Shown here one piece after another: positions 1 to 8,807 of a DNA stretch of 25,434 nucleotides. Each line of letters begins with the position of its first letter. Within the stretch, counting starts at the first letter, position 1. Under the pieces are notes generated by a model. That model did no database searches, was not told where the DNA came from, and saw only the letters and a list, made by a program, of their open reading frames with translations. The stretch comes from a virus (lineage: Duplodnaviria > Caudoviricetes): the IMG/VR virus record IMGVR_UViG_3300034375_011041, positions 1 through 25,434 of that record; one strand, written 5' to 3'. Position numbers and translations under genes: made by a program.

Positions 1-59
1 ACATTACAGAAACCAAAGTCTCTTTCTAGTCCACCAAAATATTTTCTAAATTCTTTCAT
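1..59 (-). CDS. 5' end of a replication gene, possibly a primase/prim-pol (runs off the window)
   Basis: Read manually: ATG at 59 gives MKEFRKYFGGLERDFGFCN. It follows the SSB-like gene, and the F-x-GL-x-R-x-x-G start resembles primases of such phages. Only about 19 codons are visible. Confidence 0.45.
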   Translation of the reverse strand, partial: MKEFRKYFGGLERDFGFCN

Positions 60-66
60 AATTTAT

Positions 67-96
67 ACGGCGCCTCCAGTCTCCCTTCAGCGCCGT
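67..96 (-). promoter_or_regulatory. GC-rich stem-loop between the SSB-like gene and the next gene
   Basis: ACGGCGC (67-73) and GCGCCGT (90-96) form a perfect 7-bp inverted repeat around 16 nt. There is no U-tract on the minus strand. GGAGG lies at 77-73. Confidence 0.55.
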
Positions 97-111
97 TGTT
101 ATAACACTTTA

Positions 112-882
112 TTATACTATGTCTTGCTTTTGTTGACCAGCATCGTATTTAGGTTTAGCCACACCTTTAGAAACAGATTTCTGAAGTTGTGCTGCTATCT
201 CATACATAGACGCATCGTCTTTATTAGCAACATCAAGATTTCTTACTCTTGATGGTTTGTAGACATGCCAGCTTTTACTCCCTGCTACTCTCCCGATTGT
301 GTTTAACTTATACACAGCAGAATAACTTGCAGGATTAAATGAACCTTGATCATCTGTGAATCTTAGATTCTTGATGAGGTTATTTAATTCCCTCGCTGGA
401 GATAAATTAGAAGATCTCATTGGGACCACTGCAGGTTTTAACTCACCATCTACCATTGCTAGTACATAGAAGTATGCAGTTTTCTCAACATAGTTACCGT
501 TTGGTAATCTATATCTTCCATTTTTTTCTTCCACAGCATCGGCTGGAATCTCTAAATGAGTTCCTACTGGAGCTGAAGCACTATCGCCTCTCTCCTGCCA
601 TTCAGGAAACCTAGTTTGTGCGTGAGCGACTATAATATCTAGTCCCTCTTCTCCACTTATAAGTTTACTAAACCCTGATGCATAAATCATACCAGGTTTA
701 GCTCCTTCTACATGCTTGGCGTCTCTCTCATTACATTCAGGTGACAGCTGATGTAAGATTTTCAGAATTGGTGTTGACACATCATCTGAACTAATCTCTT
801 CAGCTCCTTTACCAGAGTCTGCTCTGAGATTTATTGTTGCTAATGCACCTGCATTAGCTTTCTTTGCTACTTGACTTTCCAT
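112..882 (-). CDS. Probable phage single-stranded DNA-binding / replication protein
   Basis: 256 aa ORF with RBS AAAGGAG. Motifs LKILHQLSPE, EWQER and MRSSNL, plus position between helicase and primase-type genes. The function is inferred from family resemblance. Confidence 0.55.
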   Translation of the reverse strand: MESQVAKKANAGALATINLRADSGKGAEEISSDDVSTPILKILHQLSPECNERDAKHVEGAKPGMIYASGFSKLISGEEGLDIIVAHAQTRFPEWQERGDSASAPVGTHLEIPADAVEEKNGRYRLPNGNYVEKTAYFYVLAMVDGELKPAVVPMRSSNLSPARELNNLIKNLRFTDDQGSFNPASYSAVYKLNTIGRVAGSKSWHVYKPSRVRNLDVANKDDASMYEIAAQLQKSVSKGVAKPKYDAGQQKQDIV

Positions 883-903
883 AGATTCTCCTTTGTTAGT
901 CTA

Positions 904-1464
904 TTAGTCTGTTGATTTAGATTTACCAGTTATCTTAGTTCGATATCCAGCAAATGTACTGAAATACTCTGAGGGTATCTGACCACCACGTTCGTGGAGA
1001 TCCCTCAAAGCAACTCTAAGGGTTCCGGCATTAACAGAAACTTTTTGTTCCGGTTCATAGCCTTGTCCTCTTGCAAGGGTAGCATATTGCGTCGCCTTGT
1101 TATCTTCGTCCTTTCCAAACCTCACTGTGATTTCATTTTTCACAATGTTGCCTAGTCCGTTCTCTCGAAGCCATTGATATGCCTCTGGTCTTTTTTCAGC
1201 TAACGCAGTGGCAAAAAATCTATTATCTATCTCTATCTCAGAACCATCTTTTAATTTCATGGTTTTAAGATTCATAGAAAGCATCAAATCAGGAATTGTT
1301 ACTTCAGATAAATAGCTTTCACTATCTTCTAAGTCTTTAATTCTATCTTTATAGTTTTGTATTTCTTGTTGTATGTCTTGAAGTTTTTTTATTTCGTCTG
1401 TTAGTTTTTCTGGATTAGTGATTTCCACCTGACTAGGTGCATCAGCTCTTAGATTGATCGTCAT
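904..1464 (-). CDS. Conserved phage replication-module protein with N-terminal coiled coil
   Basis: 186 aa ORF with AAGGAG RBS. N-terminal heptads, then a WLRENGLGNIVKNEI motif commonly seen upstream of SSB genes. Confidence 0.6.
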   Translation of the reverse strand: MTINLRADAPSQVEITNPEKLTDEIKKLQDIQQEIQNYKDRIKDLEDSESYLSEVTIPDLMLSMNLKTMKLKDGSEIEIDNRFFATALAEKRPEAYQWLRENGLGNIVKNEITVRFGKDEDNKATQYATLARGQGYEPEQKVSVNAGTLRVALRDLHERGGQIPSEYFSTFAGYRTKITGKSKSTD

Positions 1465-1509
1465 GTTACTCCTTAATAGTTTAATAGTTTAAATTTATAT
1501 TTGCACTAT

Positions 1510-1539
1510 CCTATATAAAGATATATTTTTTATTGTCAA
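1510..1539 (-). promoter_or_regulatory. Putative sigma70 promoter for the leftward replication genes
   Basis: Perfect TTGACA at 1539-1534, followed by TATATA (16-nt spacer) or TATAGG (18-nt spacer), in a 75-nt AT-rich gap. Confidence 0.55.
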
Positions 1540-1896
1540 CTAGTTTTGAAAAATATTTAATTCAATCGGGTAATAAGAAAATTGTCTTCTATCGTATTTT
1601 AACAATTTAAATTTACCATTTGTAATGTCAGAAGCTACTGCACATACAACACCAATTATGGCAGGATCGCCATAAAGTAATAAATAATCATCGGTTGTAA
1701 AATCTTTTAATGAGTTTTTTATTTCCATTACCATTGGTCCTGGAGAAAATTGCATTTGTTTTAAACGAGGAAACATAATCTTAATTTCGCCATACTTTAA
1801 TGCAGGGGTAATATCAATCTTAGGTTGTCCAGCTTTTTCTGGATTTTCATGTTCTCTCCATACAGGTATTTCTTGTACTAAATAAACTTTGCTCAT
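1540..1896 (-). CDS. Conserved hypothetical phage protein
   Basis: 118 aa ORF divergent from the helicase, with a DYLLLYGDP motif. No function can be assigned. Confidence 0.7.
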   Translation of the reverse strand: MSKVYLVQEIPVWREHENPEKAGQPKIDITPALKYGEIKIMFPRLKQMQFSPGPMVMEIKNSLKDFTTDDYLLLYGDPAIIGVVCAVASDITNGKFKLLKYDRRQFSYYPIELNIFQN

Positions 1897-1924
1897 TGAC
1901 TTTTTTCTTTTTATACACTATATA
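1896..1924 (+). promoter_or_regulatory. Putative sigma70 promoter for the helicase
   Basis: TTGACT (1896-1901)-N17-TATATA (1919-1924), 21 nt before the ATG at 1946. Confidence 0.5.
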
Positions 1925-1945
1925 ACTTTTTAGAAAGAAAAGTAA

Positions 1946-3385
1946 ATGTTAAATTATAAATTTAAAACTGAGCCTTATGCTCATCAACTTAAAGCTTTAG
2001 AACGTTCTTGGGAGAAAGAATACTTTGCCTATTTTATGGAAATGGGTACAGGTAAATCAAAAGTATTAATTGATAATGCAGCTATGCTTTATAACCAAGG
2101 CAAGATAAATGGTTTGCTTCTTATTGCACCAAAAGGTGTTTATAAAAATTGGTATGAAGATCAAATACCTACACACCTGCCTGACTATATAAATAAAAAA
2201 GTTGTTCTTTGGAAAAGCTCAGACAAATCTGGTGAACAAACTAAAAAATTAAATACCCTGTTTCAAACAGGAACTGAACTACATATATTAATTATGAATG
2301 TAGAGGCTTTTTCTTATGATTTTGGTAAAGAGTTTGCTCGTAGATTTTTAGACTCACACAATGCAATGATGGCTATAGATGAATCTACTACTATCAAAAC
2401 ACCTACTTCTAATAGAACTAAAAATATTTTAAAACTAAGAACCCTTGCTAAGTACAGAAGAATATTAACAGGTTCGCCTGTAACTAATTCACCGTTAGAT
2501 TTATTTAGCCAATGTCAGTTCCTTGGTTCCTGGCTCTTGAATACAGACTCTTATTATGATTTTAGATCTAGGTATGCAGAGATGAGAACAATTAATCTTG
2601 GTAGTCATAGTACGAATATAGTGGTTGGTTATAGAAACCTTGGTGAACTATCTAAATTAATAGAACCTTTTTCAATGCGTGTATTAAAAGATGATTGTTT
2701 AGATTTACCAGAAAAAACATTTATGAAACGTCAAATTACAATGACACCTCAACAAGAAAAACTTTATAAAGCTATGAAGAAATATGCAATGGCGCAGCTT
2801 GAAGGAAAAGCATTAACTACTAATAATGTAATGGTACAGTTAATGAGACTTCATCAAATTCTTTGTGGTCATTTCACTGCTGATGATGGAACTATTCAAG
2901 ACATCCCCAATCATAGAGTAACAGAGCTTATGGAAATTTTATCTGAAGTAGAAGGTAAGGTTGTTATATGGTCCCACTATCAAAGAGATATTGAAACTAT
3001 TATAAAAGCTATTAGAAAAAAATATGGTCGTGATGATGTTGTAGTAGATTATTATGGTAAAACTACGATGGAAGATCGACAAGATAATATAAAGAAATTT
3101 CAAGAAGATGACAACTGTAGATTTTTTGTAGGTACTACTCAAACCGGTGGCTATGGTATCACACTTACTGCAGCCAGCACAATGGTTTATTATTCTAATG
3201 GTTATGACCTTGAAAAAAGATTACAGTCAGAAGCTCGTATTGATCGTATTGGACAAAAATATCCTATGACTTATATTGATATAGTAACTGAAGATACTAT
3301 TGATACTAAAGTTGTAAAAGCTTTGCGTAAAAAATTAAATATTGCTTCAGATATTATGGGTGAAGAATTAAAAGAATGGATTTAA
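1946..3385 (+). CDS. SNF2-family (SF2) DNA helicase/ATPase
   Basis: Q motif (YAHQ), Walker A MEMGTGKS, motif II DEST, motif III LTGSP, motif V GGYGITLT and motif VI QSEARIDRIGQ. Confidence 0.93.
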   Translation: MLNYKFKTEPYAHQLKALERSWEKEYFAYFMEMGTGKSKVLIDNAAMLYNQGKINGLLLIAPKGVYKNWYEDQIPTHLPDYINKKVVLWKSSDKSGEQTKKLNTLFQTGTELHILIMNVEAFSYDFGKEFARRFLDSHNAMMAIDESTTIKTPTSNRTKNILKLRTLAKYRRILTGSPVTNSPLDLFSQCQFLGSWLLNTDSYYDFRSRYAEMRTINLGSHSTNIVVGYRNLGELSKLIEPFSMRVLKDDCLDLPEKTFMKRQITMTPQQEKLYKAMKKYAMAQLEGKALTTNNVMVQLMRLHQILCGHFTADDGTIQDIPNHRVTELMEILSEVEGKVVIWSHYQRDIETIIKAIRKKYGRDDVVVDYYGKTTMEDRQDNIKKFQEDDNCRFFVGTTQTGGYGITLTAASTMVYYSNGYDLEKRLQSEARIDRIGQKYPMTYIDIVTEDTIDTKVVKALRKKLNIASDIMGEELKEWI

Positions 3386-3603
3386 AAAAACAAACCTTTA
3401 TCTAAAACTTTTTCTAATAGCAGAAGTGATACTGCCCCAACAGTACCCAATAACACCCAATAGATCTTGTCTATCTTACCGCCCAAATCGTGTATACCAT
3501 CATGCATATGTTTAACGTCTTTTTTTAATCCAGTAATGTATCCGTAAATAGAAAGTAAATGCTCTCTTGTTGTTTTAGGGTTTATTTTATCTCCGTTGGG
3601 CAT
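3382..3603 (-). CDS. Small membrane protein, holin/XhlA-like
   Basis: 73 aa with a short coiled coil then one hydrophobic segment (IYWVLLGTVGAVSLLLL). Last gene of the virion block. Confidence 0.5.
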   Translation of the reverse strand: MPNGDKINPKTTREHLLSIYGYITGLKKDVKHMHDGIHDLGGKIDKIYWVLLGTVGAVSLLLLEKVLDKGLFF

Positions 3604-6600
3604 TATGTTGTTATTCCTCTTGATCTTAATCTTATTTGTTTTTCTTCACTAGACAATAAAGCTTCTTCTAACGCAGTCAATCCTCCGGATGTACCAGCGG
3701 CCATTTGCGTTTGATTTAAAATGGTTTGTCCTTGAGTAATTGTTTGGTTGTTTGGCATTGCAGAAGTAACTGATGTTGGCAATGGTGGTGTTGGTGGCGC
3801 AGGTGGTATTAAAAATTCTAACGGATCAATATTAAAAGGCTCACCTAATTGTAGTTGTCTTAACTCTCTTCTTATTTCATTTAATGCAGGTAGAGCTTCT
3901 CTGTATGGGTTATCTTCACCAAGATTATTTGCAATGTCTCTAAACTTATTTGCAATTTCACCTGATGGAACATAAGGATCAAATCTACCTCTTCTTAAAT
4001 TATTATAGTCTTCGCTACTAATTTGTCTTTCATCAAACTGTCTACGTAAATCATTATTTCCTACACCTAATACTTCAGCTGCATTTAAATCATTGTACAT
4101 ATTTTGTTGTACATCAAACTTAGCTTTGTTTGATTTTAAATATCTTAAAATAATATCATTAGGATCAACTGGACCACCTTTTAATAAACCAAAGTAACCA
4201 CCAGTAAATTCTCTTCTTGCATCCCTAATACCTCTTTGATAACCAGAAATTTTAAAACCCATTGATCTTAATGGGTCAACTTTAATTGGTCTAAGTCCCA
4301 TGAAGCCTGCTATCTCAGGCCCAACATCTAATGTTTCTCCTCGTGCTGTTGGTGTTTCTGTTGCAGCTTGAGCTAGTCTTACAAACTGTTTGTATGATGG
4401 TGCTAATGCATTTCCTAAATGTAAAAATCTAATCGCAGCTTTGTCACCAGCAGAAGTTTGATCTGTGTATAATCTTCTGCCGTCTTTAGTTACTCCACCT
4501 CTAACAGTTAAATCTCCTGCAGCTTCTGTCCAAATAGATTCTGAAATAAATGGATTCATAATTTCAGCTCCTGCTTCGTTAATTCCATTTACAAAACTAG
4601 CTAATACTTGTTGGTCATTCATTTGACCATCTTGAATATTATTTAAAACAGTTCTTAGAGGTCTAGCTATTACATCGTAAGCATTACTGTGACTAAAGTC
4701 TATGTATCTTAATTCACCATCATCATCTCTAATTGGAATTAGTGTAGAGTTTTTAGACCATTCAGGTACAAATCTTCTTAGTGCATCTAATTCGTCTTGA
4801 GATATATCGTACAAAGCTTTTGCACCTTCTGTTAATGCAACTGGAGCTGCTGTTGTAAACGTAGCAAGACCTAATAATCTTTTTATTCCATCACCATATG
4901 CTCCACTATCAAGAGCATTATTCTTAACAACTTGTTCAGTTCCATCTTCTAATATTTCAGTAACTGTTAAACCTAAATTACTTCCTTTAACTCTTACTCC
5001 CGCTGCTGGTATGTGTCTCATTTCATTTAAACCTAGTTCAGCAATATTAGTTGTAGTTCTAATCATTTCTGATGGAAAGGACATGAAGTTACCTACAGGT
5101 AGTAGTCTTGCAGTTCTAACTGCAGAACCAACAAAGGCATAATTAGGTACAGTGTTTTTTACAACGTTAGCTGCTTCTCTGTTAAGTACAGCATCAGTTA
5201 CATCTATTTTTCTTTTAGCATAACGGCTTTTTAATTTAGCTTTCTCCATTACATAACTAGCAATTTTAAAAGTGTCATCCTCAGCTACATACTTGCCTTG
5301 AAAAAAAGCTCCTACTTTTTTTAATTTAGCTAGCATAGGATTTAATACTGTATCTACATTTGCAGCTTGTTGACCAAATCTAATGTCTTGTAGCAAAGCT
5401 TTTAGATCTCCTATTTGAACTTGTGAATTTACAACACCAAGTTCTACTAATTCTCTGTAAGCTGCTTGTGCTGCTTCACTTGGAGGACCAGCTTTTAAAA
5501 GACCTGTAGTTTCTATACCTTCTTTAAAGGCTTTAGAAAATTCTATTGGATTAAATAAATTACCATTTGCTCCAGCGAAACCAAACGCACTAATTACGTT
5601 TCTTATGTGTGTAGGTATTGAGAATACTGTCTTAGCTAACTGTGAAACTCCTTTTGGAAATAGTAATAAATTTCTATACATCCAACTAACAGCAGCTTCT
5701 GCTCCTTCTTTACCTTCACCTCTTACAAAACCTTGAAGACCACCTGCTATGTTGTTTGCATTTTTTATAGCTTCAGCTATTTCAGGTGTAGTAATTTTAC
5801 CTGCTAAAGGATTAGGTATGTTAGCTGCTTCTGGTAGTTTACTTATAACATCATCCATTTTAACAGATGTTATGCCTGTATTTTTTTGATTCACACCTAG
5901 TCTAAAAGCGTTTTCATCATTCCAAAAAAATCCTCTACCGCCAGCTGCTTGTACTTCATCATTTTTTAATGCCACTCTTTTTAAATATTCAGATGTTCTA
6001 GCCACAGAAGATAAATTAGTTATACCATTAAATATAGAGTACCTTGGATCCTGAACCTCTCCAAATAATTCTCTAAGTTCTTTTGGTGGTAACTTAGTTT
6101 CTTTTATTTCTGCTCTTATAAAATCAGCGCCTGGTTTTCCCTCCATCGTTTTATTAATATATTCATTAAACTTTAAAGCTTTAGGTTTTCCTCTAAGACT
6201 AGCTTCTCTAAGAATGTCATCTACTATAATACTAGCTTCTTTTTGATAAGCATTGCTTGCTATATCAAAAGCTGCATCACCATTTTCTTTTGCAATTTCT
6301 CTTCTAAAAAAATTAGTAGCATTATTAATTACTTCATCAGTTGGTTCGTATCTTTTAAAAAATTTAAATATACCTTTACCTTGGTCTTCAAATATTCTGT
6401 AAGTACCACCTATCCAACCATTAACTCTACCTTTCAATAAAGATTGAAGTTCTTTTACACCTTTGTTTAGTTTAGCACCGGAAGTATTATTATCTAAAAT
6501 AGTAATTAAATTAGTAAACTCATCTCTAGCATTATTGACTCCATTAACAATTAGTTGTCTAGACTCTTCACTTACATTACTTTTTCTCATAAGATCTAAA

Positions 6601-7595
6601 AGACTATCTAGTTTTTTAGGATCAACTCTATCTCTAATATTACCTTCAAATAAAACATCATTAAGACCTTTTAAAAATTTTTCTTTTTCTACTTGTACTG
6701 ATTTGTTAAACATTATTTCTGATTGAGGGTATATATTATCTACTTCTCTTGTAATGTTATCTACAATTTCTTTTGCTCTTAATGTATCTCTAGATTTCAA
6801 AGCTTCTTTAAATGTTTCTTCTCCAAATAATTCTTTTGTCATACCACCTTGAGGAGTAAACGGTGCTCTTACATATTTATCTAACCATCTTGCAAATTTA
6901 GAATTACTATAAGCAAGATCTTTACCTCTATTAGCTAATAACTTAGCTGATTTTCCTGCACCATATACAAACGGAGTAACCAACAAAGATTCAGAACCAA
7001 ACTTTAATCTGTTTAATAATTTTCTTGTAGCATCTTCTCTACCAAAACTTTCTTCTCTATCCATTTTAGTTGGACCACCACCAAATAGATCTCCAAATGA
7101 TCCAATGTTTTCTACGTCAGCTACAAATGTTTCACCTGCTGCACCACCAGCCACTGCTGCTGCATATCTAAACTTCTTAGATTTTTTATTTAAATCTCTA
7201 GCTTTATTTATTGCTGACAAAACAGGAGCTCCTCTTAAATTAGCGTAAGCATTAGCTTTCTTTGCTCTGATTGCTTTTGCTGTAAGATTTCTAGCTACCT
7301 TGTTTGCTGCTTTAAATCCAATAGCACCTGGTATACCAACCTGTACTAGTGTTTCTGTAAGTTTACCTATAGCTCTTTCTTCTGCTATCTCTTCAAATGG
7401 ATTTAGTTTATCAAAAAATTCTTCTACACTCGCTGCTGTGTTTGTATCAGCTCCAAGATCAATTAGTTCTGCTGCAAGAGAGACTACACCTTCAGGTATT
7501 TTTAATAGACCTGATGCAATACCAGAAGCGGCAGCTGTGTACCACGCTGTATCATTGTTTTCTTCGGCGTTATTAAGAGGTAAAAACTCTGCCAT
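3603..7595 (-). CDS. Large internal virion / DNA ejection protein
   Basis: 1330 aa with AGGAG RBS, an Ala/Gly-rich N-terminus and a Pro-rich tail. It is the largest and last gene of the post-nozzle cluster, the usual place for podoviral ejection proteins. Confidence 0.65.
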   Translation of the reverse strand: MAEFLPLNNAEENNDTAWYTAAASGIASGLLKIPEGVVSLAAELIDLGADTNTAASVEEFFDKLNPFEEIAEERAIGKLTETLVQVGIPGAIGFKAANKVARNLTAKAIRAKKANAYANLRGAPVLSAINKARDLNKKSKKFRYAAAVAGGAAGETFVADVENIGSFGDLFGGGPTKMDREESFGREDATRKLLNRLKFGSESLLVTPFVYGAGKSAKLLANRGKDLAYSNSKFARWLDKYVRAPFTPQGGMTKELFGEETFKEALKSRDTLRAKEIVDNITREVDNIYPQSEIMFNKSVQVEKEKFLKGLNDVLFEGNIRDRVDPKKLDSLLDLMRKSNVSEESRQLIVNGVNNARDEFTNLITILDNNTSGAKLNKGVKELQSLLKGRVNGWIGGTYRIFEDQGKGIFKFFKRYEPTDEVINNATNFFRREIAKENGDAAFDIASNAYQKEASIIVDDILREASLRGKPKALKFNEYINKTMEGKPGADFIRAEIKETKLPPKELRELFGEVQDPRYSIFNGITNLSSVARTSEYLKRVALKNDEVQAAGGRGFFWNDENAFRLGVNQKNTGITSVKMDDVISKLPEAANIPNPLAGKITTPEIAEAIKNANNIAGGLQGFVRGEGKEGAEAAVSWMYRNLLLFPKGVSQLAKTVFSIPTHIRNVISAFGFAGANGNLFNPIEFSKAFKEGIETTGLLKAGPPSEAAQAAYRELVELGVVNSQVQIGDLKALLQDIRFGQQAANVDTVLNPMLAKLKKVGAFFQGKYVAEDDTFKIASYVMEKAKLKSRYAKRKIDVTDAVLNREAANVVKNTVPNYAFVGSAVRTARLLPVGNFMSFPSEMIRTTTNIAELGLNEMRHIPAAGVRVKGSNLGLTVTEILEDGTEQVVKNNALDSGAYGDGIKRLLGLATFTTAAPVALTEGAKALYDISQDELDALRRFVPEWSKNSTLIPIRDDDGELRYIDFSHSNAYDVIARPLRTVLNNIQDGQMNDQQVLASFVNGINEAGAEIMNPFISESIWTEAAGDLTVRGGVTKDGRRLYTDQTSAGDKAAIRFLHLGNALAPSYKQFVRLAQAATETPTARGETLDVGPEIAGFMGLRPIKVDPLRSMGFKISGYQRGIRDARREFTGGYFGLLKGGPVDPNDIILRYLKSNKAKFDVQQNMYNDLNAAEVLGVGNNDLRRQFDERQISSEDYNNLRRGRFDPYVPSGEIANKFRDIANNLGEDNPYREALPALNEIRRELRQLQLGEPFNIDPLEFLIPPAPPTPPLPTSVTSAMPNNQTITQGQTILNQTQMAAGTSGGLTALEEALLSSEEKQIRLRSRGITT

Positions 7596-7603
7596 TTAGA
7601 CTC

Positions 7604-8806
7604 CTATGCTCCGGTGCCAAAATCGTCAGGCTTATTTTTTTGTATTTCTTCTATTATTCTTTTTTGTTCAGGACTTAAAACTTCAAATCTTTTATCTATC
7701 TCTGCACCTTTTTCTTCTTCTGTACTACCTTTTGGTGCGTCTGGTTTTACATATGTCTCAATATCAATTACTTGGAAACCATAAGTACCATCAGTTTTTT
7801 TATTGTATATCTTAGCTTCACCAGTGTTTACATCGTAGTAAACTTTACCAACTTTTTTATTATTTCCTTTTTTAATCAATGTAGATTCTTGAGGATCATT
7901 AGGTCCGTTTAAGAAACCATCAAAGTTAGATCCAAATTTTTCTATAAACTTAGTTTTTAGTTTTTTATTTTCAAACTCAGCTCTATTATTAGCTTGTAAA
8001 GTATCACCTTCATAGACTTCTATAAAATCTTTTTCTGTGTATCGTTTATCTAATTCTCGTTCTTCTGTAAGAATTTCTTTTTGGAATTTTTCTGCTCTTA
8101 TAATTTTATCAAGTTCAAATTGTCTGCCTTCTTCAATTAATCCTTTTTCATATTCTCTTTTCTCTTCGTCTTTCATATTAGCATATTGTCTAGCTTCATC
8201 TAATATCTTAGCGTCATAGTCTCTTTTATCATCCAATTGTAATTTATCATAAGCTCTTGAGTCTTTTATTAAATCTAAGTTGAATTTTCTTTCATCTTTA
8301 ATTAATTCTTTATTATAAAGTCTGTCATCAGCTTTTATATCTGCAAGATAATTTCTCTCATCTTCTTTTAAGAAATCTTTGTAAGATCTATCATCAGCTG
8401 TAAGGGCTAATTGGAATCTTCTGTCATCAAATTTTTGTTGGTCACCTAATGCAAGTTTAGTTCCAGCCATTCTTACATCTCTGTCAAACTTAGCTTTTTT
8501 ATCTGCTTGTTCTATTAATTGTTTAGTAGCTGGTTGTAATCTATTTATTGCATCAGCAAAACCTGTAGCTCCTGCAACAGAAGGTCCAGCAGTTAGTAAG
8601 AAACTTGTTAAAGGATCATATCCACCGTAGCCACCAGCTCCCGCTTGTATTTCTTCTATGTATTCAGCTTGAGTTTTAGGAGTACCTATATCTACATCAG
8701 ATACAAAAGGATTTTCAGCATGCATAGATCTATCTACAATACCAGACATAATGCCGTTGCCGACATTACCACCTTTTCTAAACATTGGTCTTTTAAAAGT
8801 TCTCAT
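7604..8806 (-). CDS. Internal virion/ejection protein with 11-residue repeats
   Basis: The track start is 8824, but the ATG at 8806 (MRTFKRPMFRKGG) directly follows the upstream stop at 8808-8810 and is more likely. Central charged helical repeat. Confidence 0.6.
   Translation of the reverse strand: MRTFKRPMFRKGGNVGNGIMSGIVDRSMHAENPFVSDVDIGTPKTQAEYIEEIQAGAGGYGGYDPLTSFLLTAGPSVAGATGFADAINRLQPATKQLIEQADKKAKFDRDVRMAGTKLALGDQQKFDDRRFQLALTADDRSYKDFLKEDERNYLADIKADDRLYNKELIKDERKFNLDLIKDSRAYDKLQLDDKRDYDAKILDEARQYANMKDEEKREYEKGLIEEGRQFELDKIIRAEKFQKEILTEERELDKRYTEKDFIEVYEGDTLQANNRAEFENKKLKTKFIEKFGSNFDGFLNGPNDPQESTLIKKGNNKKVGKVYYDVNTGEAKIYNKKTDGTYGFQVIDIETYVKPDAPKGSTEEEKGAEIDKRFEVLSPEQKRIIEEIQKNKPDDFGTGA
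8102..8431 (-). repeat. Ten tandem 11-aa (33-nt) repeats, D/E-x-R-x-Y/F
   Basis: Aromatic residues at ORF positions 137, 148, 159, 170, 181, 192, 203, 214, 225 and 236, each with Arg two residues before. Confidence 0.85.
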
Positions 8807-8807
8807 A

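Noticed and set aside
8102-8431. 33-nt periodicity as a CRISPR-like array
   Set aside because: The periodicity is at the amino-acid level within an ORF. There are no identical DNA repeats with spacers.
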